Shown here: piece after piece, positions 1-13,900 of the stretch
Layout: each line of letters starts with the position of its first letter
Numbering within the stretch: the first letter of the stretch is position 1
Assembly: GCA_048213135.1 (NCBI GenBank)
Contig: PS015400.1
Location: 62,001 to 110,970, forward strand
Direction of reading: 5' to 3'
DNA from: Reclinomonas americana ATCC 50394
Lineage: Eukaryota
DNA length: 48,970 nt
Notes under the pieces: model-generated
Seen by the model: the letters and a program-made list of their open reading frames with translations, nothing else
Databases searched by the model: none
Told to the model about the DNA's origin: nothing
Program-made: the position numbers and the translations under genes

Positions 1-3000
1 CGGAGACAAATGAGAGAGAATGCGCAGGGCTGCAGCAGTGCACTGGCGTCGATCCAACGTAACATGATATTCATGTACTCCATAAATCGGCGGTGTCTGG
101 CGTCACACAGGAGGAGAACGTCAGCAAACGGATACGTACTCGTATGCACACACACACAGTACTTACAATACTTCGTCAGCCGACAACGCCGCCGTGACCT
201 CATTGTCCATGCTCCCCAACTCCACGGTCGTCGAGTCTTTCACACCGTCGTCGCCGTCGTCGTCATCCGTCACGGCGGTGAGCGACGACGAGAGTCTAAA
301 CAGTGGATCGGAGGCCGTTTGCGTGGGATTGAGACGCTGCTCCAAACGAGCAACGGCCATGCCGAGGCTAGCAACTCGGCGTTCGTCCAATCCACGTACA
401 TTGAGTGACGCACTGTACAACTGCCGCAAGTGCGTGACCAGGCGTCGATACAGTTCACCGTGGGTACTGTGAGAGGTGACGTAAAATGAAACTGATGAAG
501 GAAAGCGACTGCCACACGCTGCTGTCACTCACCGCTGCATACTGCGAGCAACGAGCAAAAAGTCCACCAGAAGCCCAACAATGCGCCCGAGTATGTACTC
601 GTCGGCGCCGGCCTTCCCAAACAGCGTCTGATCGCCCACTACGCTGGACGACGATGCTTCGTCTTCCAGGTCCTCGACTCCCACCTCGTAGTCCTCCATT
701 GCACCGACAAGCAGCGAGTGCGTCGGTGAACTGTGACCGGCTGTTGGACAAGGGACAGAAATATCGAAACATCAGAAAACAGACAAACGAAACGTGTCGG
801 CAGCGAACACAGATGCCGAGTCGACCGGCAGCCGTCGGCGTACGGTCGGCGACGGCACCAGCGACTCGCGGGTTCCCGTGCGCTGTCGCTCAAAGGAAGC
901 TCGGGCACTCCACGCACCGCTGATGTAGTTGACGATCTCTGCATCGAGGAATTGCAGAAGCGACTGACTGTTGCTAAGATCCAGCACCGTCGGCGACACC
1001 ATGCCGGTATCGACATACACCTGCCAGAGTGGGAAAGAGAGTGCGTGAGACATTCGACGGCAGTCGACGAGGCAAGAATACCGCAATAACGACGTTACGC
1101 ACTGAGCGAATGAATGTGACCAGTGCACAGCGCAGTTCAATTGGAACGCCTTCCTCGATCAGCATCGACACGGCCTCTTCAAATGCCAGCGTCGACTGCA
1201 CGATGCTCTCAATCTGGCCACACCACCGTTGCGTGTGAGAAGACAAAACAAACACAGTCAAATGGGGAGTGCGCACAGGAGACGAACCGCAGTCTGCCGC
1301 CCAGACGCACACTTGGCAAGCACGCGCAACAGATCAATGTGGTACGCCAGCGGTCCTTGCGGGCGGTAACGATGGTCATCGGTCAACATCAATTCGCGAC
1401 TGCGGAGGGGTGAGTGACGATGGGGAGCAAGCAAGAGACGAGGGAATCAGAAGACCCACCGCTCAGCACGACCATTCTTGCCGCTGAACAGCAGCAGGGA
1501 CCGGGGGTGGTGTTGAACAAGAGCTTCGGCCACCAGCCGTTGATTGCGAGGAACCGGCAAGTCGTCGACAATGACCGACACCTCAAGAAGCTCCAAATGC
1601 CGACGCTGATGAGTGGCAGCACAACTGCTGGCGGCCAACTCGATGAGATCCACGGGAACTCGTTGTGCCAGCAGCGCCGAATTGCGAAAGATGTACGGCA
1701 GCAGCGAGTCTGCACCGACGTCACACCTGCAAGCGCAAACACTGTCAGTATCATACAGTGGTGATCAAGAGAGGGTTGACATGGCGCTCACAAGTAATGC
1801 GACTGAAAGAGCGTGATGTGCTCAGAGAACATGCGCTGCACAATCGGGCACAGCACAAGCGAAACCTGCGAAACAACATGTTGGTAAGCAGCACAGCACA
1901 GTCTGTTGTGGGCGCCGTGACTACACAACACACCGCCAACAGAGAGGAATACAGGCCACTGACTGCGGACTTGACAAGGGTTCGCTGCGCAGGGCGGCAG
2001 TGGAGGATATCCGCAGCTCTGCACCACGACATGCATGTCAGTTGTGCGCGTACACTTTGAGCTGCATGACGGGAGTGACCGACACGCAACGTCACTGATC
2101 GAAGCAAGTGCGTAATGACAGGGAAACAGCCGCTGGCAAAGAAAATTCCAACCGCGTCAGTTGGACTCTCACGCACGGCTCGGCGCATCGCTGCACACAC
2201 AATGCCATCAAAAAGAGAAGAAGAAGAAGAACAAGCAGAAAGATGGAGCGCACCCTCAGTGATGGTGCTCATCAAGTGTGCCTGTAGGCGCAGGAATAAG
2301 CGCCGGTCGTGCAGCAACACACACGACAATACGCACCACACGCTCCAGCAGATCTGGACTGCTGGTCCACTTGTCGTCGGCGTCGGTGGCCACTCGCACC
2401 ATGGCCAAACTGAGGTTCTGCATCTCTCGCTGACAGTCGACCAGCGTTCGAGAAAAGAGAAGCCTCACATCTTGCACCGTTGTCAGGGTGTCGGCAAACT
2501 TTTCGTGAATCATCAGCAGCGTGTGGAACGCTTCTGTCTGCAGTGCGACGCTGTCGTATTGGCACAGATCCAGCAGAATGTCGTGCACTTGCTTCGATGG
2601 AGAGACGCCAGAGCAGCGCTGGTACATGCACGATTCGCAGAGTCAGCATCGTCTCGCACCCCAAGGGACAGACGTCTGATACGTACGTTGATGACAGTCG
2701 GCAGATGAATGTCCTTGGCTGGCACACCGGCCTTGAAGTGTCGCAAGAGTACGGTGCAGCGGAAGGTGGTCTCGGTGAACAGCAACGTCTGCATCACCTG
2801 CAAGGCAACGACTTTGCAATTCTGCCCACACACAAGACAAACGCCTTCGTCAGCTGAAGCGGAGACACGAGACACAAGAGAGAAACACGAAACCATGATT
2901 GTATCGTTGTTCTCGTTGCTGGCGTAGCGGAAGTTGGAATGCCGCGTGGCTCCCGGTGCTGGCAGCAAGAGATGTAAGCTGCAACAAGCACAGACACACA

Positions 3001-6000
3001 TCTTGCCGACATCGCAACCCACCATCGTACACGTCTGTGGTGCCGTCCAGCAGGTTCCACAAGCTCTCAATGAGCGTCCCTCGCGATTGTCCGAGACCAA
3101 TGAAACCCTCCCGTATCAGTACGTGCAGAGTCTCGAGGAACAGCAGCACTGACTGCGAATGTGATGGATCGGACCAGCGCAGCCGCGTCTCCAATTCCTG
3201 CCAGATCACGCGCAAGTGAGACAGAAGTGTGCTCCACTCCATCATCCGCAGCGCGCACACACATACCACCACTTGCATCACGCCACTGACAATCTGCTCC
3301 TGCATCCGCACAACGGGGTGGTCGCCGTAGCGGTAACGCATAAACTCGGCATTGTCGATCGTGCACTCGAAGGAGGCTTCACTCAGCACCTCCGTCCAGA
3401 CCTGCGTGCACAACAGCAATAACACTTAGTTGTTGTACGATGATGAATTCGACACAAGCGACGAGCATGTTATGCACCCGAACGAGATTGATCTTCGGTA
3501 ACACTTGGAACGGTTGCTGGTCAATGTACAAACAGCGCAGAATGTAACAGCAGCCGGCGCGCAAACGCAGTGGCAATCGTGGATCAAAGGCCCCGCGTAC
3601 AACGACGGGCAATGAGAGGCCAAACGTGTCACCCACCAGCGTCACCGCCGGCCGGTACCGTTCCTAACGACCAGAATAAGCCAGATACACCAGAAGAACA
3701 GCATCAACGCACCGACTCACCGCCGCGAGCAGTGCGTACAGTCGCAGGCTGCTCATGAAAAACTCGTAGTCCATGCTTGGATTGGCTCGGTTGGCGGCAG
3801 CCCAGGACAGCACTTCTGTCGACTCCTTCACCGACAGATCCGAATTGAGAGACACCAACATGAGTTCCTCCCCGCTTGAGCGAGGCTCCTGCGTGAAGGC
3901 TGGCGTATGAGTGGTGATCACACACAGAGAGTCACAAGATTCGACAACAGGTGCACACCAAGCAGAGGCGGAAGAAAGGCCAATGTACTTGCGAGTCCGA
4001 CAACTCGCGAACAGCTGCATGCTGTGCATACCGACTGGCCCGGCCGTGTATCGACAGTCCGTGGAAGATGAGAAGCAGGTAGCTGCGACAAAAGAGGTGC
4101 CAATCAGTGAGACAAATGCGGGCACCAAGAAGCGATCATTGCATGGCAACTTTGGATTGCGGCCTTCGCGAGCGACAGCGGAGAGAGTGAGACGCACATC
4201 GACGCGGGTGCGGAATAGTTCCGCTTCGTTCTCAAAGCTGAAGAGTGAAGCGGGTGAGAGAGTGCGCAAAGAGGCAGTGTGCATGCACAACAAGATAGCC
4301 ACGAAACAGAAATGGAAAGGTCCAGCTGGCGCCGACAAACAGCGCAAAGTGGAGACGGAATATCGCCAACAGCGAAGACTCCGGCCGCAGCACGGCGTAC
4401 TTGTTGCGACGGTAGCCTCGAATCGACTGCCGGATCAGACTGTGCATTCGGGACGTACGGTTCACAAGAGACTGGTGCAGGGGCAACAACAGAGAACACC
4501 GGCGGCATGACTTACCGATAAAACAGGCGGAAGACATGTTGAGCTCGCTCATTCACTGGGTCCTCGCGGATTGAGCGACCCGGATAGGCGGTCTGCAACT
4601 CGCGAATGCAGAGGCACACCGCTCGTAGCACTTTCAGCTCTCGCAGTATCTTTTGGAACGCGCGGTCCAGACGACCCTCACGTGTCAATGGATCGGGGTC
4701 CGAGCTGATGGTGCACCCATTGATGAGGCGGGTCAGTGACTTGCAGATCCACTGGTACGAGCGGTCGTCATCCAGCTGCAGCGGGCCTTGCTGCAGAATG
4801 CTACGCATTGACACGAGCAACTACCCGGCACACTCACGAATTAAGCGAAGCGCATAGATACAGAGATAACGTCGCACAGTCGAGTGGCACGCAACAGGAA
4901 GATGAGTGGCGACAGAGTAGGCTCGTGAAATGTCCGAAAAGCTGACGTGCAGCATCTCCCACGTGCACGAGTACGACGGCGCAGAAGCAAAGACGAGCTG
5001 CACAAACAACGCCTCAGTCATCACGGCCACGAGAGCGACAACAACGACAGCAACACACACACACACACGCAACAGGAATACGAGAGCACTGAGCATCCTC
5101 ATCGTCCTCCAGCATGTCGAGGTCCTTTGGCCTTTCCTCGTCGCAATCGTTTCCCGTGTCGAGCACTGTGAGCACGCACCCCGACGCCACGTGCTGCAGA
5201 ATCACCTTGTCGCGGACAGAAAATGGCTCGTTGGTGCCGAGCGTGTGCTGCGCCCTGCTCGTTCAGACGCCACGACAACAGCCGACACCTTCACAACAAA
5301 CAAGCAAACAGACCGCAAGTTCGCCCTTGACGAGACGCCACAAGGTGTTCTCGTCGTCGCGATCGCACGTAGTGTACACAACCGGAATGCTGCTGGCGAC
5401 CGCCTCTGCAGCAGCGGACGATGTCACTGCAATCTCGGCGGCAGGCGCTGCGGCCGACGGGGCCGTGGCGGCCGACGTACGAGAGTCGGCGAGACCAGCC
5501 AGTGGATTGCGCGTCACCACCGCACCCTCTAGACGGAGGAGAGCCTCGGCGCGCGCCTCGGCCACCTCCTCGGCAGTGGCCATTTGCACAAAACGGTACC
5601 CGAGACCACCTACAGATCGAGGGAGTGAGGCGAGACCAATGCCACCCAAGAGAACCCATGCAATCCTCACTCAACGTGAGTCGCCAGCGGGCGACGGTGC
5701 GGCCACGGATGCGGCGCGTGCACGGTGGCCAGTGGTCACTGCATCGGGGTGGGCCGCCAGAAACATGCTGCCGCACATGTGCCGCAATCGAAATGTGCTG
5801 CCGAACTTGACAGCACCGCCTGTAGGTAATGGCAGGGTGAGGCGCATGAGAGAAAGAGAGAGGAAGGACAAGAGGAGGAGGAAAACACAAACCTGTGGCT
5901 GGGCACTCGTGCTCGATCTGGAAAAAGAGATTCGGGTTGTCCAGCTTCATGCGTGACACGCGAGAGCCACGTGTTGCGCGCGGAACAGTGCGGCTGTATG

Positions 6001-7161
6001 CTGCGACAGATGGAGAGACAACGTGTGAGGCGACAAAGGCGTGGAGCTGCTGAAAGATGATGAAGACGCACCGAAACCGTCGGCACAAAACTCACTGACG
6101 CACAGATGCGTCTGCGAGTTGGTGTGGTACAGCAGCACAGCATCGCCAAAATGCAGCAGCACCTCGTCCGGTGAGTTGGCGTAGGCGCGGCAGAAGCGAT
6201 GAATGCGCAGAGGTGAGCCAGCGAGCGCCGAGTTGAGCGCATACCGCTGATCGAGAGGCAGCTTGAACTGACTGACTTGCAGCAGCAGGTTGGTCTCCAT
6301 CACCGCCAGCATCAGGTCGTCTTCGATGCGCACCAGATCGCCGTCGTTGCGCAGTTTCATGGCCGGCGTCAACACGAAATGCGTGCACGAGGTCGAGTAC
6401 TTTTGCAACTGCACCGCCATGCTCGTCGACTCGGTGTCGGCCACACGCGGCGTCGATCCCAGCAGCCAGCCCGTACGCACATGTCGCAGCTGATGACACG
6501 CACAGATGAGAAGAGTGGCAGGGGGGAGGGGGGAGGAGGGGAGGGAGAGGACGAGAACATGCCTGCACAGTGCCGCTGTAGATACACGAGTGAGTCCGCA
6601 CGCGGTTCTCCTCGCACCGGTTCGTCTCACGCTCCTGCTCGGCCGATACCTGAGCACACAGCGTCTCATCAGTGGAGGGGCGATGGAAGAGAGAGAGAGA
6701 GGAGACGAGCGCAACATGCAGATGCTGCAACTCGGCGCGATCGCCCGGACTGAGCCAGGTCGGCGGCAACTGCGGATCAAACTCCTCCAGACCGAGCACC
6801 TCCAGTCGCCGCACATACTGCATCTGCACCACACACGAGGTGCGTGGCATCACCTCAAACACCGCATCTGTTTCTCGATCATCAGTCACTCATTCGTCAT
6901 GACTCTCGATGGATTGAGAGACGCACCCGAGAAGGATGTCGGTGGGTGCGACACACTCCCGCGCAAAACACCCGCGCGATCGTCGCTCTCGCTGTGTGTG
7001 CGCGTGAGGAGTGGTCAGAGGCGATAAGAAGACCACTCTGCCAATCACAACCGCGCTCACCCGACAGTGAGAACATAGCCGTCGAGCTCCACGCACTCAA
7101 TCGTGATGTGATCGCCATAGTGCAGCAGCGTAGGTGCAGGTAGCACGCTGTCTGCGCTCAT
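1..7161 (-). CDS. ITPR: Inositol 1,4,5-trisphosphate receptor (IP3R/RyR family) Ca2+ channel, paralog 1; multi-exon, 3' part lies beyond the window
   Basis: ATG at 7161. Spliced exons give the IP3R N-terminal suppressor domain (LLHYGDHITIEC..DGYVLTVG..PPTSFS/DAVFEVMPR; EQERETNRCEEN..YSGTVQ/LRHVRTG; HFVLTPAMKLRNDGDLVRIED), MIR-like repeats (LHFGDAVLLYH; GGAVKFGSTFRLRHMCGSMFL), a RIH-like segment (DPLTREGRLDRAFQKILRELKVL) and LLDLCQYD, which matches LLDLCKYD in paralog 2. Coding exons continue to the left edge; the pore is not in the window. Confidence 0.9.
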
Positions 7162-7260
7162 CGGGGCGCACTCCGAGGTTTTGACTGTGAGAAGGAACAG
7201 ACTTCGTGGGAGAAAACAGATGAAAATGAAGGTGTCCTGCGTGTTCGATCTTGATATCAC
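7162..7260. promoter_or_regulatory. Putative bidirectional promoter, 99 bp between divergent start codons
   Basis: Geometry only: ATG at 7161 (-) and ATG at 7261 (+). Confidence 0.4.
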
Positions 7261-8212
7261 ATGGCTGCGGCGACTCCATCGTCATCGCCAGGCGTGTTTT
7301 CGTATCTCCTTCGGGTGTTCACTCCCTCGTCGCCGGCGCCACCACCACCACCACCACAGACCACCAGCGCCACGTCATCGCGTCGCGTGACTGTGCGGCA
7401 TCGACGGCGACGAGTGGCGCGCAGCGCATCACCCTCTGCTGCCGCTGCTGCTCCAGTGTCATCACCTCCTCCTCCAGCTCCAGCTCCAGTGCGACACCTA
7501 TCACCTTCACTGCCACCACGGCAACAACAACGGCGAGCATCGGCGTCGCCAGTGCGTGGTGTGTCGCTCGGAGCCGGTGCCCCAGATCCGCAAGTGCTGC
7601 TCGGCCTCGCCTCCTCGTCGATCAGCACCATCTCTGATGTTGACGAGGACAGTGATGACTGTGAGCACAGTGCCGCACCCTTGCAGCAGCAGCCTGCGAT
7701 GGCCGCCATGCAGGAGCAGCTGGCACGAGCGCGGGCCGACTTGGCGCGGTGGATTGAGTTTGCGAATCGGTGAGCGCGTGGTCTTATGGGGCGCGTGCTG
7801 TGTCGTGTGGCTCACATGTGCACACAGACTGCGTGCGGATCTGAAGGACGAGCGAGAGCGGCGATTGCAGGCCGAGTCGCGTCTCGAGGATGTGTACGCC
7901 GAGATGCTGACGTATCATGCGCGGCTGAACGAGCTGGAGAGCCACTACCCGCGGCAAGCGGCGCCAGCGTATCAGGGAACACCGCCGCCTGCACCGCGTG
8001 TTCTGTTCAGTCCGGCCTCCACGCCGCCGTCGAGAGCGACGTATGCCATGCAGCACGACGTCGATGCGTCGCCAGCCTCGTCGCTGCAATCGGTGCTGCT
8101 TGTCGCCTCGCCACCAGAGGTGCTGGAGTCGCCACCTGTTGCCAGCAAGCCACCAGCACGTGCCGTTGCCAGCAGCGGCGACGACGACGACGTCGTGGAG
8201 ATTGAGCGATGA
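7261..8212 (+). CDS. Hypothetical Pro/Ser-rich protein with a central coiled coil (2 exons)
   Basis: Intron 7770-7827 (GTGAGC..CACAG) joins ...MQEQLARARADLARWIEFANR to LRADLKDERERRLQAESRLEDVYAEML... in frame. Stop TGA at 8210-8212. Confidence 0.7.
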
Positions 8213-8266
8213 GGACGACGGACGGAGAGACGGAATTAGCATTTTTCTTAGGTTTTCGCCCATGCG

Positions 8267-9474
8267 ATGAGCTGGGGGTGGTGGCTGTTGTGTACAGTTG
8301 GTGGATCACTCAGTGCACTTGCTCTCTCCTCGCTGTTGATCTTTGTGCTGTACTGTCGATACGTGTGTGGCTTGTCGTGGCTGGCCACCAAGATCGAAGT
8401 GATGATGGTGTACGTGCGTGCAGATCAACTCCCTCCCTCCCTCCCACCTCCCACCTCCCATCATTCAGTGACATGCATTACACACGCAGTTCCACGTGCT
8501 CAAAGTCGTGCACGTTCCCCTGTGGAGAAGGTACCGGCGATCACCCGACTCGCACTACGTTTTGTTGCGCCTGCGACCGGCGGACAACAACCCGACACGG
8601 CGTTTCGAGGTGGACTACGTGGAGGAGCCGCTGCATCAGTGGCCGCCGACGCACGAGCCGCACAGAACGCACGTGCGCGTGGTGTGCATTTCGGACACAC
8701 ACGAGCGCCACGCGGCGTTGCAGGTGCCGCCGGGCGACATTCTCGTCCATGCAGGTCGGTCGATTGCATTGTTGCAGTAAGTCTTTGCTTCCACTCACGG
8801 CGGTTGCAGGGGATATTCTATTGCAGAACCGCGGCGTCTCACCCAAGGCGCTGCAGCAACTCGACGACTTCAATCGCTTCCTCGGTTCGCTTCCGCACCG
8901 CCACAAGGTGGTGGTGGCCGGCAATCACGACCAGGTGTTGATGGATCTTGGGGCGGAGCGAGTGCGTGCTGTGCTGTCGCACGCCGTGTACTTGGAGAAC
9001 GACTACGCTGTGCTGCCGGTGGACGACGAGCACGAAGTGCATGTGTTCGGGTCGCCCTTGTCGCGACGTGGCAACTCCGACAATCGCGCTTTCCAGCACC
9101 GACGCGGTGAGGCACTGCATGCACAGTGGGAGCCGCTGCGGAAGCACGCGCAAGAGACCGCTCGCCGCGTGGACCTACTGGTGACGCACGACACGCCCGA
9201 GGGACACGCCACCGACGGCATCCACGGCCAGTGCATCCACACCCGTCAGTTTGCCGAGACCGTGCAGCCGGTGCTGCACGTGTGCGGCCACGTGCACAGC
9301 TACGCCGGCACCTCGCAGTGGTCAGACGACACACACTCGTGCCTCGTGGTCAACGCCACCTCCGTCACGCGCACCTACTTGCCGTACAATCCACCCATCG
9401 TCGTCGACATTCCCATCTCGCTGCTCCGTCACCGAAAGCACAAAAACACCAGCGAGGAGCCAGTCGCCCGCTGA
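8267..9474 (+). CDS. Calcineurin-like metallophosphoesterase, MPPED1/2 (239FB)-like, with an N-terminal hydrophobic anchor (3 exons)
   Basis: Motifs VRVVCISDTHERH, PPGDILVHAG/DI, LPHRHKVVVAGNHD, DLLVTH, LHVCGHVH, YNPPIVVDI. Introns 8414-8489 and 8755-8809. Confidence 0.92.
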
Positions 9475-9557
9475 GAAAGGCCCATGAAAGCACACAATGA
9501 AGGAGGAAAAAACAAACGAAATGTATTTTGCAAGAGGCGGACCAGCAGGCGTCGAGC

Positions 9558-10225
9558 TCACTTGGCCTGCTTGGAGAGATGTTGCAGTACGCGTGACTTG
9601 ACCCATGCCTTGTCGTGCGGCACATACGCTCCACTCTGATTGTTGAATGTCAACACGGCCAAGTCGGGCAACGCGTCGACTGCAACACACACACACAGTC
9701 AGGGAAGGCGACGAGAGCAGGCGCACAAACAGAGGAAGACGCAACTCCACGCATGCAAGTCCTCGATCTCGTATGTGATGGAGCGCGCCCTCGGGAAGTC
9801 CTTCTTCAGCTTTTGTTCGAACAACTGGCACACACCTGCAGCAATGATGATTAAGGGGTTTGCTATCACTCACTCTCACACACACAATCAGACGCACCAT
9901 CCATGGCCTCGTCACTCGACTCAAAGTCCGCATATGTGCGTGTGGCGGCCTTGGCGCCCGGTTGCAACAGAACAATGGTGTGCGTTTGTGCCTGTGCCTG
10001 TGACAACAAGTGAGCGACATGGCCATCGTGGTTTCTCTCTCTCTCCCTTTCCACCACCCGTCGTGCTTTTTGTTCCGCGTGTGCTCTGCTGACGCACATG
10101 AAGAGAGACACACAGAGAGAGAGAGGGGTGGCGGAGAGGCAAGACAACGCAAGTGCGTGTGACGCATGCATGCATGCAACGAGGACAACATGCAGGGTGG
10201 ACGGGCGCAGAAAGAGACCAACCAT
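9558..10225 (-). CDS. ERH: Enhancer of rudimentary homolog (4 coding exons; the first is probably the ATG alone)
   Basis: Spliced product ..THTIVLLQPGAKAATRTYADFESSDEAMDGVCQLFEQKLKKDFPRARSITYEIEDLHAWIDALPDLAVLTFNNQSGAYVPHDKAWVKSRVLQHLSKQAK* matches the ERH family (HTILLVQ..RTYADYES..SITYDI..FID..DL..PYNKDWIK). The start ATG|GTTGGT at 10225 is less certain than the body. Confidence 0.95.
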
Positions 10226-10352
10226 TCTCTTGATGTGTGTGCGTGAGTGTGTGTGGCGGTCGGCGCAGAGGGCGGGCAGCGAGGTGTGATTGATTGTTCC
10301 GAGCCAGTGGACCAACCAAGAACATCTCTTATATTATCTTTTTTTGTGCACA

Positions 10353-10892
10353 ATGGACTCTGCGCTGCTTGACTCTGCTGCCCGATCGTTGCGCATAGCT
10401 TCACACACACTCTCACAGACACGAGCAATCGCGGACGTGTGTGTGTGTGTGTAAAGAGGGGCGAAAGAAGTTGTTGAGAGATGCTCATGCATGACCACAC
10501 ACACGCACACGCACACAGGGTCGGAGCCGACGGTGTGACTGGCGTGTTGTGCACGGACGAGTACGGCTTGTGCATTGCAGGTAATGGCAGAGAGCGTGCT
10601 TGTGAGCTGTGTGCGTCATTGTGTGCTCACTCGTGCGCAGCCAATGGATCCGCCAACGCGCGTGGTGCCGGCTACGTGAGCTCCATTGCGACACGGGCGT
10701 CGGCACTGTCAAACCCCGACGACGTGCCTGTTGTGTGCGTGGAGACGCTCTCCAAGTTGAGCACAGAGAGAGATTGAGTGGATCTGTTGTTTGTGTGGTG
10801 ATCAGTGGCTGACACACGTGTGTGATCTGTGCAGGAAGATTCTCATCCGAAGGGTTGACGCGCAGACGACTGCGATCATCAAGGACAAGTGA
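10353..10892 (+). CDS. LAMTOR5: Ragulator complex subunit LAMTOR5/HBXIP (4 exons)
   Basis: Spliced product MDSALLDSAARSVGADGVTGVLCTDEYGLCIAANGSANARGAGYVSSIATRASALSNPDDVPVVCVETLSKKILIRRVDAQTTAIIKDK* matches the LAMTOR5 motifs GVLCTD.QGL, AG.IS..A..A..L and D.PVVCLE. Confidence 0.92.
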
Positions 10893-10998
10893 GCTACTCG
10901 GGTGTGCAGTCTGTTGGTGGAAGGAGGAAGAGCGGAAGAAGATGGAAGACCATGATGAAGGATTTTGTGTGTTACATTGTTGTTTTTTTGGAGGCACT

Positions 10999-13900
10999 TC
11001 ACAGCATTGTGCAGCGGTGTTTGGCTTCACCCCAGTGACACGTGCAGCAGATGCAGCACAAGGCGAGGCACTTGGGGAAGCACTGGTTGCCGCATGTGTC
11101 GCAGTGGCAGGCGGTGACGCAGGTCACGCAGGATTCGTGCAGGCAGTTGGTGATGCCGAACTCGCGACTGCGGCTGCGAGGGTAAGGATCAGCACAGATG
11201 GCGGCGCGCGTGTGTGCATGTGCGTCGGTGGCACCACAGTAGACGTACCCGGCCAGTTCGTCGCGCGACAGCTCCCAGGTGCCAGGCGGTGCGATGCGTT
11301 TCTGGTACACGGTTTGCTCTCTGCCCTCGCCGTACCACTGCACTAGCAGGCCGGGTCTACCGTTCTCGTCAATGGCCCAATCGTCGTGTACCATGATCAT
11401 GTAATTGCGGGAGAACAGGAACCTGTGTGGTGGAGTGTGTGAGGAATCACGAGGTGTGGGAGGCAGCACCACGGACTCGGTCACCGTTCGCGACGTTGAT
11501 GCTCGGAGGCGTGACGGGGATAGAGATCGAGCCTGCGGTGTCGTGTTATGAGTTTGCTTGCCTGCTTGCTCATTACGCAAGCACATGACGGGCGCGCAAC
11601 AAGTAGGCGTGCATGCCGGGTGTCAGGTGTCGCGATGTCGATGTGTGACTGGCGAACCACGACATGGGTCCGGCCGGCAGATCACTCGGTGGCATGGCAG
11701 TGATGCCTGTTGTTGGGGGAGCAGTGAGTTGCAGTGGCATGGTGTGCACTCACCACTTCGGTTCGTTCACAAACCACTCGATACAAGTTGATTCATCAGC
11801 TTGACACTGGTGGCGGTGAGAGGGAGGAGATCACAACACAGCAAGTACTCATTTCTGCAGCGGGGCTCACTTTTCGTACTCGGGAGGAACGTCTGCAAAC
11901 GCTGGTGCACGTCTCGATTCACACACGCCCTATTGACTGACGAGTGAGTGCCATACAGCCTCTCTCATGTGCCGATGATACAAGATCACACCTGCCCGGC
12001 CACGTGCGGGTCACCCGAGATGAAAATCACTCGAGCACGCTTCTCCACGGCCAGCTGCACGTGCACCACACCGCCATGTGAGCAACACACCACTCCGCGC
12101 TCCACAAACACAAACAGATTTACGAAACAGTCTGAAAGTTCTTGAGCAGATCCGCTCGCTCCGCACGGTGCTGCACGGTGGACCATTGATCTCGCAGATC
12201 GTCTTGCACCAACACCAACATATCAGTGGCAAATGATGAGGCAGTGATCAGCGCATCGAGAGTCATTACCTTCGTTGTCGGCTTGGCCAGGAAGACTCGG
12301 CAATGTCTGTGCTTGCCACACGTCATGTACCATGTACAAGTACACGAGAAACAGGATGCCGGCACCAATGCAACTCACCATTCCAATCACTGCGACAATG
12401 CGCATGAGCTCATGACAGCACAGCGACGACGCATCACACAATTACGCAACACTCGTAGTTGATCCAGATAATCGGTGTCGGAGACGAGACCACAATGAAC
12501 CGAACCTCACCCTCATCCAAGTTCTGCATGACGACACACCGTAGCGTGTGCTGAGAACTGTGTCGTCCCACTTGCTGCGGTGACTCGCGACGAAACTGCC
12601 AACCACTCCATGATACGGCGATGCGTTTCCACTTTCACCACCTGTCGCTGCGAGCGCTCCGTGCGCATGTCCACCGCGACAAAAGCCCAATCGCCGAGCA
12701 AGTGCACGTATGTGGCCGACACCTGTGCATCACTGCACATCACTCAACTGCAGCTGCAAAGACACGTGGAACAGCAGCACGCGCTCTCGCACCTCCGGGT
12801 TTCCAAGCAGGTTGGTGCGAAAATCGCCAGCCAGCTGGAAGGCAAGAAACATTTCCTGGGCCACCTTGAACAGACCCTGCACGGCACCAGTGAACCTAGT
12901 ACGTGAAGGAGTGCATATGCATCACAGCTGTCTCCACCGCGTACCTGCATCACTGGCGACTGTTGATCTGCATCGCGGTACGATCCCCAGCCATCGAACT
13001 GTGCGCGCACACACGTGAACAGCAGCTCGCCCACCAGTAATCCACCACACGCTGCACATTACGCACAATATCGTGATCGTCCCACATGCATGAGAGCGGC
13101 ACCTGGCACATCACTCGCGAAACCGGAAATGAGCCCCAGTTGCTGCAGTAGTCGTCCCAGAAAAATCGATGCAGTGAGCGGTGCATTTCGTCGGTGAAGG
13201 GCGTCTCTCGGAGCGTTCGTGTGGCCTCCGTGTCACCGTACATAGCCTCCGCCGACTTGTCCACCCACTCACGCACTGCAGCGACCGCAGACCACACTGG
13301 ATCGGCGTAGATCTGATCGCCACCCATGTGCATCCTGCATGCACGATGTCATGAAACAACAACAAATGAACAGTTCGGCACGATTCGATTGTCAAAGAGT
13401 GTCTGCAGACGCAACATGTGATACGGTGGTGCGTCCTCTGGATCCAGGTGCGTTTCACGCAAGTGCTCCCACATGGCGAACAGAGTCGCGTCTTCTGTTT
13501 GCTCCTCCACCAGATTCGACATGCCAGAGTTGCCGTTGCATCTGCGGAAGACAGGTGAGCAAAAAAAACCAGAAGAGGTGTGCGAGTGTAGACTCGACTG
13601 AGAAGACGCAGCGAGGCAAAGAGCAAATTCGGAGCCGTGCCCACGGGTGGCACTCGGAACTCAAAGCGAAACGACGGCTGATCAAATTTGAACTCGGAGA
13701 ACGAGTAATGCACGACCTGGTGCACGTCATTCTGTGGCACATCCATGTCCCATCGAATGAGGGCCTGTCTGCCATCACAATCCATGGCCACTGGAGCGAC
13801 TGCTTCGACTGTTTGCGGTTCGCATCCGGGCGATGTCGACTGCCAAGTCAGAGTGCCTGGTCGTCTGCGCATTCATGCAGGGCAGATGTTGTTGGATATT

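Noticed and set aside
9739-9745. Reading the shifted donors as TT..AGN introns (exon keeps the G)
   Set aside because: In ERH this would give W-S-D instead of the family-conserved (F/W)-I-D, so cleavage at GT with a normal AG end fits better.
11750-11800. Apparent frameshift in PhoD (NQLVSSG followed by out-of-frame VNEP)
   Set aside because: An ordinary intron (G|gtttgt..aacag|GC) restores the frame as NQLVSS-GITAMPP.
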